A stretch of 64,000 nt of DNA. Origin: Tubiluchus corallicola. Lineage: Eukaryota; Animalia; Priapulida. Below the pieces are notes generated by a model. It worked only from the letters and a program-made list of their open reading frames with translations, was not told the origin of the DNA and made no database searches. Shown here piece by piece: positions 63,325-64,000 of this stretch. Each line of letters opens with the position of its first letter. The stretch's first letter is position 1. The position numbers and the translations under genes are program-made. The DNA is taken from NCBI GenBank assembly GCA_030141605.1, contig JAQGDQ010000189.1, positions 355,217 to 419,216 on the forward strand, in the 5' to 3' direction.

Positions 63325-63800
63325 AAAGACTTAATTAACGACAGGCAAGCGCAGCTAATGATGTCACAAATGAACACAATTTTCAACAGCCAAACATTTG
63401 GAAAGAAAAAACTGAAGTACAGTGCAATGTGATATACAAAAAACTTTCCAAATTTTAAGTTTAAAAATTAAAATTCCAATTTTACTGCAGTGCTAACGTT
63501 AACAAAATTCTGTGCTAATGCACAACTCTTGAATACGTGCACTACATCATAAGCGAAAACCTATGAACTGAGAGGTACAGCACCAGTTTTTTGTATAACG
63601 CATTTCGGCGATGCAGGCGCTACTGCCCATCTAACTAGTGAATGGGGAAATGCATGTAACAGCGAAGAACTAAAATTGCGCAACTGTGTATATTACCATT
63701 CTGCGCTAAAAATTCTTTCACGTAAGACACTCTAAAAAACAGTATGTTCCTTTTCAATACTTTATAAGGTACAGGTTAACATTGGGTTCAAATTTCCGTT
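63325..63800 (+). mobile_element. Diverged family A partial copy
   Basis: gaagtacagtgc, gaggtacagcacc, gcccatctaactagtgaat blocks shared with family A. Confidence 0.65.
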
Positions 63801-64000
63801 AAACCAGAAGCTGCCTCCTGTCAATCTACCAAGCAATCAGGCAATTAATATGATATCTTACTGATAATTACTATCATTTCTAGGATACGTTTGCATACCA
63901 AGCCCCATACTATAAGTACAAGAGCACAAGCCATTACAGAAACAATCAAAGGTTGTCTAGGGCTAGATTTTGATTTTGTAGGACCCACGGCTACAGATAC

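Overview
AT-rich, repeat-dense metazoan (invertebrate-like) genomic DNA, not prokaryotic: no CRISPR, operons or phage. Two minus-strand intron-containing genes are supported. (1) An ARID1/osa (BAF250) SWI/SNF subunit gene: 16 phase-consistent coding exons from 62923 down to the stop at 37205 (about 1890 aa in the window; the N-terminus lies beyond 64000), including the ARID domain and the C-terminal BAF250_C region. (2) The first coding exon (33368-32871) of a SAMD5/SKIP-like SAM-domain gene, with weakly supported downstream exons near 13.5, 12.2, 10.2 and 9.3 kb. The rest is non-autonomous DNA transposons (two TTAA-flanked Kolobok-like families, hAT- and Tc1/mariner-type MITEs, several nested), LINE remnants, SINEs, minisatellites and microsatellites. 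I found no convincing wholly new multi-gene system. The most notable items are a Penelope-type minimal hammerhead ribozyme in the sense orientation inside an ARID1 intron, a 5S-rRNA-headed RTE-derived SINE, a cluster of candidate extra exons just before the ARID domain, and the ARID1-SAMD5 adjacency with a consensus CTCF site between the genes. All coordinates were read by eye and family assignments come from recalled motifs, not database searches.
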